The notes beneath the pieces were generated by a model, which saw only the letters and a program-made list of their open reading frames with translations, was not told where the DNA came from and ran no database searches. A program made the translations under genes and the position numbers. A stretch of 62,927 bases of DNA, counting the filler, from Octopus bimaculoides (taxonomy: Eukaryota): the NCBI RefSeq assembly GCF_001194135.2. It is 4 parts of 4 records of this genome, joined end to end, with 100 filler letters (N's around TTAATTAATTAA, not from the genome) between each part and the next. Parts side by side here need not be neighbours in the genome. Positions count along the whole stretch, not along the records: positions 35,612 to 51,934 come from NC_068991.1; positions 52,035 to 62,927 come from NC_068988.1; 2 more parts are not named here. One strand, written 5' to 3'. Of the stretch, positions 51,434 through 62,927 are shown piece by piece. Position 1 is the first letter of the stretch. Each line of letters begins with the position of its first letter.

Positions 51434-51885
51434 GTGAGTCAGCGCCATTTTTCCTTTCTTTTTGTTGATATCACCGTTGATGTTTTGAAAGCATATATAT
51501 ATAGTTCAGGTTGTAAAGCACACAAATTGTCAGCCGAAAGACCTGAAACAACCCACAGACTTTTGGTTCCAGACGTAGAATATCCTTCACCATATTGAGA
51601 AACTTTCTAGATATATTTGGTTATTCATGTTGTTGTTTTTATTATTGTTGTTAGTTTGTTTTTTTTTAATTTCTAGATTGTTTAAAATCCTTCGATCTTA
51701 TGTCATTATTCTAAAAATAGTTGTAGTCAAGCGAGTAGTTGCCTTGGTGTAGGTGGCTTTTGAATGCTTTCTCTTTCAAGTTTATATAGCAGGATGCGAT
51801 GTTTTAATGAACAGGCATTCGATGCATTCATTGATTTTACACAAACACACACACACACACACACATATATATAAAGTATGAAATA

Positions 51886-51934
<49 letters not shown>

Positions 51935-52432
51935 NNNNNNNNNNNNNNNNNNNNNNNNNNNNNNNNNNNNNNNNNNNNTTAATTAATTAANNNNNNNNNN
52001 NNNNNNNNNNNNNNNNNNNNNNNNNNNNNNNNNNAGTAGAAAGGGAAGTCTTGGCTAGTGAATGCTTCAAAAAAAGATGGGTGAATGTAGCAAGGATGGC
52101 ACATGTGAACGACGGAGCCATCTTGAGCATAACCCTATGAACAAGAAAAAAAAAACAAAACAAAAAGGCAAAAGAGAGACACTTACTGATATAGTTTCTG
52201 CAATGAGAATATTGACCAAGGTTACCGTGGTCTTTTCTGTAGGATTTTCCTTCCACGGCTAAACCTAAACTGTCCTCCCCTCTTTTACACGAGAACATTA
52301 CTGTGTGATACACGATCCCTATTGATCGGCCTTTCCTTTTTTTAATTTTTTATTTTCGATCCCTTTTGATCGAACTCCCCCTTTTCCCCTTCCTACGATC
52401 CCTTTTGATCGACACCACCACCTTTTTTTTTT

Positions 52433-52508
52433 CCCCTCCCCAAAAGAAAAGCTCTACATTGTATTTGTCCCATCTTCGTTGAGCCCTGTGTGACTAATAA
52501 AAGAAACG

Positions 52509-52560
<52 letters not shown>
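52433..52560 (+). mobile_element. Retroposon-like 3' end plus (TATC)n tail (partner of 61-137)
   Basis: Shared sequence with 61-137; upstream gatcccttttgatcg repeats at about 52313-52411. Confidence 0.6.
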
Positions 52561-52562
<2 letters not shown>

Positions 52563-52887
52563 CATATGTCTGTCTGTATTCTTACATATATCTACATACA
52601 TACACATACACATACACCTCCAATACATATATAAATAAAGCAACGCACGGATACAACTTAAGGATAACACACAGCTTTTAGTCTACTCCCCATATTCTGC
52701 TTGTTTTGAATGTACCCCTATGTAATTCAGTCACCGTTACAAGCAACAATGACATTCTCAGTTGGGATTCAATTATCTAAATATTCCCTATCATCTGAGA
52801 ATATCTTTTCACGAATGTAGATTTCGACCCTCCCTAAGTGCTCTTTTATGTTATAAAAAACCCTAGCGTTCTTGTCTTTCTGTACAG

Positions 52888-52896
52888 AGAATTATG
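52888..52896 (+). CDS. Candidate 9-nt frame-preserving microexon AGAATTATG
   Basis: ttcttgtctttctgtacAG|agaattatg|GTAAGT; no stop inside any frame. Confidence 0.45.
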
Positions 52897-55775
52897 GTAA
52901 GTATAGAACCTAATTTTGAAGCTGTACTCGCCGCTACATTATTTGATTTGGTGGCTTTTTTTCTCGTTCCACCATATCATGGGATGTGCTACGTTTTTTA
53001 CTTGTTTCTCGCCACCCTATAGTAAAATGAAGGGCTGATACCACCGGTAGGGAGCTTCCTATCATCTGCTCTCGAAACTGAGAATGAAGTAGTTTTTTGT
53101 CCGTTGTCGGAAAAGAAACACAGTCCTCTTGGTTTTATAAGATTTTTGGTATATATTCGTAGTATTTGACTGATCTTTTACTTATTTTTTTTTCTCAGAA
53201 TTTAACGTGGTTGTTGTAACTATAGTATCATTTTATAATATAAGTACATTCTATGTATAAGTACTAAGACACTTTATACCGTTTGATATACTCGATGTAG
53301 CATACTTTTCTCTTTCCTTTCTTTCATTTCTGCTACACTGGCTGGAGGTTATCCTTCAAAGACCAGTAGCACCACATGCATAGATGCTACGCCTTCTGAT
53401 TTTAACAATCAGTTTCATGTTCCTTTTCCATAAACTCCTTTCTAGGAAATGCACTCAGCTAAAGTTGTGTCGTTTTCGATTATTACGGAGTCGGTGGGAT
53501 TTCACTGGACGTGAAAATCGTTTATAATTCTTTATTCACTTAAGTCCTGCTGAATGCATGCTTACTTCAGCTCCGCCTATTTGCAAATGTCCACGACTGT
53601 GACCTGCGTATTTCGTCATTAATATATGAGAATGTGCAGTGTGTTATGTATCAGAGGTCGGACTTTTTATTGTGTGACTAGATTCTTGGACTAAGAATCG
53701 CGATATAGTTTTCTGAATTTACCCTGAAAAATACAGATATCTCTCGGAACGTTCACTCTAGCGGGTTCAACCTCTTTTTTTTTTAAGCGTAGAAGAACAT
53801 CGTTCATATTTAGCAATACATAGATACACTTCTGTCCTCATTGCTCAGTCCACTTTCTATTGCACAGCAACAAGACACAGTCTCATGTACTACAGCCCTA
53901 CTGTTGTTTTTGCTTTCCTTTTCGACCAGACCCATGCCCAAACATTCTTTATATTTGGTCATTCAAGCAACATCACGCTACAGAGATTAACAAAGACATT
54001 ATCTACATCTATTAAAGCTAGATAGTTTCTATCCTTTTCTCCAGTTTCTTTTTATTGAGTTCTTTATCTTGGAGGCATGATAGGTATTATCTCCATACAT
54101 GCTAGCTTTTCACATGACTACTCCTGTACAAAAAGCGATTTTCAAAAAAGAATCACTTATTGTTTAGGGAACCCAAAATGAAAAATATATCTGATAAACG
54201 TTATTTTTTCGCACTGGGATAGACACGGTTCGTCGTTAAAATTTCTATAGGAAATCATTTTCATTGAGAAAACGCTTGCAAAATGGTCTGCACTGGATTA
54301 CATAGTCAAGCGCATTAAAATTTTTAAAAAATAACTTTTAAACAGGCAAGAGTTTAACTCGATTAAATTGACAACAGTTCACATATTCTTTTTCATTCAA
54401 CGCAGGTGGATGAAAGACAAATTATCTCGAATAGGGTTTCTACTCTGGGTGTAAACGTACATAATTAAATATCACGAGGCATTTATTACATTAAAATTTT
54501 TTTCATTCTTTTGACAGGATATTCTAATCTTCACATTTCGTTTATTCTTAAAACATAAATCAACAACTATATGTACATTATAGTAAAACAGGAAAAACCT
54601 TTTGAATACAATATCGTATTTCGTAAAAGAAAAACATACATTTTTACTGTTTTAACAACCATATTATCATATTACCTCATTATATGGAATAAAAGTTTGT
54701 ATTTTGTTTTGTCGTTTTTATAAATCAATATTCCATTATCTTACATCAAAAGGCTACATTAGTTATATTTAACATAATTATGTTTCTCTAAGCCACTTTC
54801 AGTGTTTCAACATAGTCCTCATTTCTATTAGCAATGAACCGCTATATTCCCAAAATGGATATTAAGTTTGTGCTCTACCCGTTCAAGATTTCAATTGTTA
54901 GAACTTCCAATTCATGTATTATGTTTGCTTATTTCCTTCATGCTTTTCCTGATTTGTTTTGTTTTACTTTACTTGTTAAGAAAGAAACTCTCGGGGAGTT
55001 GTATCTACAATGTAATTTCGATTCTCATTTAAAACATACATTTCAATTAAACCGGTAACACTTTCAGAAAAAGCAGTTAACTTCCCCCCCCCCTCTCTCT
55101 CTCATACAAAAATGGCGCTTGGTACGAACTCACTTAAAAAAGAAAAGATATTTACTATGAGTAATAGATAGTTGATTTGAAAAGATCGTACGTTTAAATC
55201 ATTTATCGAGTTCACATTGCCCCAAGGGAATCAACTGTTCCACGATTAATACACTACGTTTTAAATATCCTAATTTATCTGGCTTTGAAATAGTTGCCTG
55301 AGGGATTCTACTTAAGTAATGATGTAGTATAATTGATAAAGGTTACGTTACTAAAGTAGGCAGTTTAGATCTTTGCATGTCGGATGTTTACCTCTCATCA
55401 ACTGATGACTATCAACAACATTGAAATCAGAACAAAATGTGAATTACTGCAAAGTTTCCAAATAATATCAGTAAATAAAGAGAAAAATAAGATAATCTAA
55501 ATTTTACTTAGGGTATGTAAGGTTTGATCTGGTTGGAATTGCAGCAAATCTTCCACAAATAACACTGTAAACCAAAATAAAAAAATCAATGCATTATATG
55601 ATGTGGCTCTATACACGCTTAGAAAAGACGGAACAGTCATAACTAGGATGCCTCTGATTATAGTTCTGCTCAAGAGTGGGTGAATTAACGTTAAAGAAAC
55701 AAAACAAAATGAAAACTTCAGCAGTAGATAGTGCATTATGCGGGTCGACGATATTTTACGATTTCAAATACGAGC

Positions 55776-55831
<56 letters not shown>

Positions 55832-55871
55832 GTCTATCTATGTGTCTGTCTGTCTGTTTGACTGTCCATCC

Positions 55872-55935
<64 letters not shown>

Positions 55936-55995
55936 GACTATCTATGTGTCTGTCTGTCAGTTTGACTGTTTATCTATCTATCTATCTATCTATAT
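55776..55995. repeat. (TATC)n/(TGTC)n compound microsatellite
   Basis: Direct inspection. Confidence 0.95.
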
Positions 55996-56131
55996 TTGTA
56001 TAGACTTATAGTGGCGTACGTGCCATTTGTGCTCACCTTATAATAGGCATATACCAAAATTTGGTACGACTCTCTTACTCTGTCTTTTAGTCCTTCTCAT
56101 ACTTTCTTCCTATTTTCTTTTACTCGCACTC

Positions 56132-56178
<47 letters not shown>

Positions 56179-56851
56179 TTTCTTGGCCCTCTCTTTAACT
56201 CTCACTTTTCCTCCTAGTTTATCTCCCCTGTACCTTTCCTTTGGCTCTGATTTGCTTACTAATCCTTCACTCCCACTCCCCCTACCCCTCTCCCATCCTT
56301 CTACGTGACCGGCGTACGGCCGGTCATGATCATTCTTTCTTGGCCTCACTCCGACCGTTCACACTTCTTATGTCTATTTGTGTTCCCGCTTTTAGGCTTT
56401 CACTTCATACGCCCCAGCGCAACTTGATCTCTTCTCAGTCGAAAGACTCCTGTTGCTATATTCTTGATGTTTGTATTTGTAATTGTGTACCATGTTCTTC
56501 GTCTTTTGTCATTGTTGCCGTACACATTCGCTAGCGTTCCTACTAAAAAATCTAATGCTCTTCACTTAGTAGACTAAATGGGCGACAACCAGATCGAAGT
56601 GTCTCGAGTGTAACTGCCCGAAACAGTAAGGACTTCTGGTAACTTGACTGAGGAAAGGAGGCCACGAATGACCCGTCTTTTTTTGCCTGTCCTTCTAATT
56701 TATTTCTCCTGTCCGCCTTTGTATTGCCTATCTATCCCAACGCTATTGCGTTATTGTTACTTATATATATATATATATATATATATAGTCATGTAAATGT
56801 AGAATGTTGGAATGAGATCCCAACACTGCAGTAGTGGATAAATAATTTCTT

Positions 56852-57028
56852 TATTTGTGAATTAAGGCTACCATCGGTTTCATGTTGAGAAGAGTAGGAA
56901 AATACCCAAGGTTTTCCAAAATAGAGGCCAACACCTTCCTTCATGTGATCGGCTTGAAAAATGAAGATACTTGGATATTCTCCTACTCTTCTTAACATGA
57001 AGCCAATGGTAGCCTTAATTCACAAATA
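56852..57028. mobile_element. 177-bp foldback or MITE with 59-bp inverted arms
   Basis: 56852-56910 versus 56970-57028 are reverse complements with a few mismatches; both ends carry TA. Confidence 0.75.
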
Positions 57029-58156
57029 TTATTCACAAATAGTATTCGATATAGCACTTTACTGATACTACTGCATTGTATTGGTGACATATATTAATTC
57101 AACCTACATTGACAGGTATATGATTCAACGGTCAACTATGTATTGTGTCTTGCCATATAATTATTTACGTATCTGTAAATGCTTTTCGGTAAAGCATGAG
57201 TGTTACCACTGCTCATAAGATTTAAAAAAAAAACTCTGTTTATTTTCTCATTTAAAAATAAGCACTATTAATGTATTTAATCATACTGAATGACAGACAT
57301 TCAATTAACTTATCAGCTAAATAGATATTTTTTGTATAAATTCTAAATTAAAATCTTCAACAAAATCTTTTTTTATTATTTTTTATCCTTGTGTCTTGAT
57401 ATTTCAGAATATCTTTTGTTTACTGCCAATACACTTGAAAGATATAATTATTAAATGGCATACGTACCGAAATCTTGAATAAAAATTATTATTGAAGCAC
57501 TAGTCAATAATAGACTCACAGGAAACACCACACTAACACCACACCACCACTACCATAGCTACCACCACCACCACCATCAGCCCCCCCCCCACAACCAACA
57601 CCGCCATCACCACCAAAAAGATCCTGATCATGATCATCATGCATTCAACATGAACTTTACCAAATTTTCTCATGATTACTTTTAGCATATCCTATGGTTT
57701 CATTTTATTGAGTAGTATAACATATAGGTACTGAATGTATCTAAAATATTTGACGGAATCTAACTTTGTTAAATCCAGCTGAACTTGGATCTATGGTGAC
57801 ATGGTAATTTAATAATCGATATAATTCGATAGAGATCCTTGAAAAGTTTGGCTCTCATTCGGCAGTTTAATCTAAAAGAATTACTTTTCATTCACACAAA
57901 AATAAACTAGTGAAACTAAAATTATACTTTATAATATGCATATGTGTCCAAAGAATATGGACATCTGTAGCAGAGAGGAAATGTCTCCAAGTAGGTCTTG
58001 AGCACTCTCTTGAACACATCACATCCACCTACATATAAACAAACACACACACACACACACACACGCGTACATGCATGCATGCACCCCCACACAAACATCC
58101 CCATGTATATGTATGTATGTATATATATATAAATATATCAACACATGTATGTATAC

Positions 58157-58237
<81 letters not shown>
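58157..58237. repeat. (TA)n microsatellite
   Basis: Direct inspection. Confidence 0.95.
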
Positions 58238-58241
<4 letters not shown>

Positions 58242-58264
58242 TATACATATATAAATACGCATAC

Positions 58265-58295
<31 letters not shown>

Positions 58296-58551
58296 CATAC
58301 ATGCATATAAGTACATTCATACATACACACACATCCACACCTCACCACACACACACGCACACACACACCCAAACATACAAACACAAACATATATATATAT
58401 GCACATAGAAACAAAGCTGAGTTGAAAATTTATTGGTGTATCTAAAATTCACACATATATATATATAAACTAAATATATGCGCGTACATTCGAAAGTCTG
58501 TAAGCCGAAGTACGATTCTCTCGTTAACAAACTCACTTAGCCATAACTCAC

Positions 58552-58649
58552 TTTGCCAATGCATTTTCATTGAATTTGGTGGAGAGAAACCGTGCGCAAT
58601 CCCGTCGTATACGCACGCGTGTGTGTGCATGTATATCTATGCACGCCAT
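58552..58649 (-). CDS. Candidate minus-strand first exon MACIDIHAHTRVRIRRDCARFLSTKFNENALA
   Basis: aaaATGGCG context in a CpG-rich patch; two GTGAGT donors (plus-strand actcac at 58546 and 58531). Confidence 0.2.
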
Positions 58650-59349
58650 TTTCTTTAACTCATCCCCCGCTTAACATTGCAATGATGGTTTGTTCGTGTC
58701 CTCGAAAGCTAGCAGTTCGGCATAAATATCCCGCTAGAATATGTATTACGCTTCTGAAAAACATATGTAATGGGGTCGAATTGTTAGACTAAACCATTTG
58801 AGGATGCTGCAATCCAATAACTGAAACAGGTAATACATCAAAGAAAAACATCTTCCCTTAACTGTTTTGCAATTTTCATACACAAGGAATCTGGAATGAA
58901 ATTTGGTAGACGGCATTTCACTTCTAATGTGTTGGTCAAATTGAGAATTGATTGGAAGCCATTTGCTTCACCACTCTTACATCCAGATCTGCATTCCTGC
59001 GAAGCAAACGTTTGAATTATAGGACTATGCTTGTTTAATCCCCAGATATAGAAACACAAGATAGCTTCAAAATTATACACAACAAAAAGAGAAGCTGATT
59101 ATAAAATTATTCCCTTAAAAATATGCAGGAATAAATATGATGCTTTCAACATTGAACAGTCTGTAATCTTCAGTTAGCATTTACTATGAGAATAGTATGG
59201 AGAAATGACCCAAAGAGTGCAATAATTACTTTTAGAATTGAAATTTCTTGCTTAGATGCAGACATAGATTCGAGTCAGATACCATAGTAACAATGATAGG
59301 AGGGGGAAAAAAGGCATGCGAGCTGGCTAAAGGAAGAAGGAAAGAATGA

Positions 59350-59464
<115 letters not shown>

Positions 59465-60287
59465 GGAGGGAGAAATAGAGAAAACAATTATGTGGAGAGT
59501 AAAGGAAATATGAAACATGCCAGGGTGAAGAACATGTTTATACATGCGTTGATGTATGTCAACAATGACAAACAGCTTAAAGCGCAAAAGAAATGTCCGA
59601 TGGTGCAAGTAGGGAAAAGCTTGCTCGCAAGGGAGAATAAATCTGTCATGTTCAATTCTGCAATGATGTTTCAGCAAGGAGAAGTGATTAATATTTTATA
59701 GAAACGCACATACACCACGCATATGTGTGTATAGATATATACATACATATATACATATATACATACATACATAGATATATATTTATAAATGTTCTATATT
59801 ATACACAACCTTGGTCTTTTATCTCATTACGAAAACTAAATCGTTATATATATATATATNNNNNNNNNNNNNNNNNNNNNNNNNNNNNNNNNNNNNNNNN
59901 NNNNNNNNNNNNNNNNNNNNNNNNNNNNNNNNNNNNNNNNNNNNNNNNNNNNNNNNNNNNNNNNNNNNNNNNNNNNNNNNNNNNNNNNNNNNNNNNNNNN
60001 NNNNNNNNNNNNNNNNNNNNNNNNNNNNNNNNNNNNNNNNNNNNNNNNNNNNNNNNNNNNNNNNNNNNNNNNNNNNNNNNNNNNNNNNNNNNNNNNNNNN
60101 NNNNNNNNNNNNNNNNNNNNNNNNNNNNNNNNNNNNNNNNNNNNNNNNNNNNNNNNNNNNNNNNNNNNNNNNNNNNNNNNNNNNNNNNNNNNNNNNNNNN
60201 NNNNNNNNNNNNNNNNNNNNNNNNNNNNNNNNNNNNNNNNNNNNNNNNNNNNNNNNNNNNNNNNNNNNNNNNNNNNNNNNNNNNNAT

Positions 60288-60321
<34 letters not shown>

Positions 60322-60438
60322 GCATATATATATATGATCTATAAATGGCAATTACTGTCATTCTGTCTCTGTTACTATCTCACTACCTAAATCAGCGAAC
60401 CAATCTTGACGAAACTTAGCATACATGTTAGACTAACA

Positions 60439-60621
60439 TTCAGTTCCAGAAATTCTGAGTCGGAAACTACAGTCTGGAAGACTGTAGAGCTCGATGAGGA
60501 TGTTCTGTAAACCATCGTGGAGCAAAATCCCATGGTAACTCCTGAGGAACTAGCAGAGAAGCTTGGATTTGGTCATTCAGCCATTCATCGACACCTGCGT
60601 ACCATTGGAGATGTCAACAAA
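60439..60621 (+). pseudogene. Mariner transposase fragment (HTH region)
   Basis: SGR.VELDEDVL*TIVEQNPMVTPEELAEKLGFGHSAIHRHLRTIGDVNK matches the mariner GRP..D...L...VE.NP..T..ELA..L.......HL..IG pattern. Confidence 0.85.
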
Positions 60622-61935
60622 TATTGTGCATACAGTGAATGTTTGCTCTTCTTTGCTGTCACGTCTCACGAATGAATTCGAAATTTAGCAGAGAATAAAT
60701 ATTGCAAAAGTTATTAAATTACTATACAATACACTTGCTGTTCTCGTGTTCAAAAAAATGAAACATAAGGAAAAATGAAAGTAAAGTATTGAGTATCTTT
60801 GATAGATAAAAATTAATTAAATACAAAACATGAAAGAAACATATTTGAAAGCGAGGTCATGTAGAGTACATTAGCTGAAAGGGAAAGAAAATATAAATTA
60901 TGAAACAAAGCCATGAAGTAATAATTACAAAAAGGTCACAAAGAACATTGCTAAAGGGTTAGAACCAACAAGATATACTTGATCAATTGTAAATGTGAGA
61001 GGAAGGAAAAAAACACTTCCTTTCCTGTACTTGCAAAAACGCTAAGACACCGATGTTTATAATTTCTCCTGAATATTTTCGTAATCGCAGCATCGTACAT
61101 AATGAATATAGCCAATTAAATGGAAAGCATTTACTATATTGATAATTTGTAGATTAGTACCATCGATCAATCCATCCATCTATCCATCCATTAATCTATC
61201 CATCCATTCATCCATCCATCCATCCGTCCATCTTGATTCGCTATTCCTGGAAGGATAGTGTGGGTAATATCCTCTAGGTGTCACCTTCACAGGGTCCTAT
61301 CAGAAGTAACCGTCATTACACTCTCCGCATGGATTTCCAAAGGTCACGTTTGAGATTATAGATACTATACAACCATCTCATTATTCTGGATTTACACCTA
61401 GGCTTCCAACTGGTTTTGCCGAGTTGAAGGATCCGTTTTACGATTGTATCCTGCAACATTCTAAACACATATGTAATATTGGATCTCTAACATCTGTATG
61501 CCTAGAAATAGCGACTCATTTTAAATTTGTGCCTGTGTTAAAAATCGGTACCATTACGAAAGGAAGAATTGTCAGAACAGCCTGACACATCGTATCGGTC
61601 TGTTCAGTTTAGACCAAATCAGAATAAACATTTTGACATGTATGCCACAACCAACGATAAAGACACAGTTATATAAATTTATCTAACGCTGTACTGAGCG
61701 AAGTCACAAAACGCTAGGCTGTGCAAAGCTAAAGCGGTCGAAGCATCAAATAGAGGGAGCAAAGTATATCTTTTTTTAACGGAACCACATTCGTAGTGAA
61801 CAGAACTTACTCTAAAAATAGCTGCGTAATTACCAGATACTTCCAAACAAGGCGCGAGCAAACGCACACACACACACACACGCACACACACACACACACA
61901 CACTCTGTCTCTCTCTCTCCCACTCTCTCTCACAC

Positions 61936-61969
<34 letters not shown>

Positions 61970-62342
61970 ATGCATATATATATGTATATTTGATGAAAAA
62001 CAGTTCTACCTTTCGCACGCCCACTAACAATCAGCAAAAGAATAGCATCAGATAAAGCAGCTTGACCATGGAAGAGACAACTAGAAAATAAAATAGGGAA
62101 GGATATTTGTTACATACACTTTGCCATCTCCGTTCAACATGATGTAGCTTAGAAATGTAAGATTCGAGAGGAATAGTTTCGTACTCAGTAGTTCTGGCTA
62201 ATTAAGAAGAATCGATTAAATATGTAAACCGAAATGAGACCCAGATGCATAGTGCTAAACTATTTGAAACGCATGTGAGCCAAATAATTCTTTGACATCT
62301 TTATTCTTTATTTCTTTCTCTCTCATTCTCTGTATGTATGCA

Positions 62343-62412
<70 letters not shown>

Positions 62413-62602
62413 TGTATGTATATATATGTGTGTTTGTGCGTGTGTGTCTCTCTCTCTCTCTCTCTATCTATATATATATATACATACATATATATATACA
62501 TATANNNNNNNNNNNNNNNNNNNNNNNNNNNNNNNNNNNNNNNNNNNNNNNNNNNNNNNNNNNNNNNNNNNNNNNNNNNNNNNNNNNNNNNNATATATAT
62601 AT

Positions 62603-62927
62603 GCTGGCCCTGATGGTTTCCCAGCAATCCTCCTTAAATCGTGTAAGCATGCCCTGGCAAAACCCCTCCAGATCCTCTTCCAGAGCTTTCTCGCAAACGG
62701 AAGACTGCCAAGCAAGCTGAAGGAGGGAATAATATGCCCAATCCATAGAGGGGGAAGCAGAGCAGATGCCAAAAACTATAGCCCTTTCTCTCTGACTTCA
62801 CACATCAGCAAAGTCATGGAAAGGATAATCAGAGGAAAACTAATCGCATTCCTTGAAGAAAATAAATTGCTGAGTGATACCCAACACGGCTTTCGACCAG
62901 GTAGGAGCTGCCTGAACCAGCTCTTAC
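62603..62927 (+). mobile_element. CR1-clade LINE ORF2 (RT N-terminal part), stop-free, running off the window
   Basis: AGPDGFPAILLKSCKHALAKPLQILFQSFLANGRLPSKLKEGIICPIHRGGSRADAKNYSPFSLTSHISKVMERIIRGKLIAFLEENKLLSDTQHGFRPGRSCLNQLL. Confidence 0.93.

Noticed and set aside
56307-56327. GC-rich 8-bp hairpin tgaccggc/gccggtca as a Helitron end
   Set aside because: No CTRR at the expected distance
56574-56630. Hammerhead-like gggc...gccc-GAAAC-AGTA
   Set aside because: The catalytic CUGANGA is replaced by ctaaat and stem I is not evident; at most a dead fossil

Overview
AT-rich, microsatellite-saturated animal genomic DNA with many N gaps. The SINE families, repeat density and gap spacers suggest an octopus (cephalopod) draft scaffold; this is inferred from remembered repeat consensuses, not from a search. 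No complete protein-coding gene can be supported, and nearly all listed ORFs are microsatellite or N translations. The window holds four or five tRNA-derived SINE families (about 20 copies or fragments), decayed LINEs (CR1-like twice, RTE twice), two Penelope-like GIY-YIG remnants of different subtypes, a mariner fragment, hAT and Tc1/mariner MITEs, Helentron-like fragments and a 177-bp solo LTR with a 5-bp TSD. The strongest novel signal is at 22650-23423: two type I hammerhead ribozyme motifs exactly 358 nt apart, preceded by an inverted partial copy. This is a candidate non-autonomous retrozyme or Penelope pLTR element that could yield a 358-nt, possibly circular, RNA. Further decayed hammerheads lie at about 12084, 14114 and possibly 16588. 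A second unexplained locus (47570-50720) has a duplicated E2F/YY1/NRF1/ETS-motif cassette, compact exon-like ORFs and a 65-bp near-perfect hairpin. Isolated exon candidates, including a 9-nt microexon at 52888, suggest much of the window is intronic.
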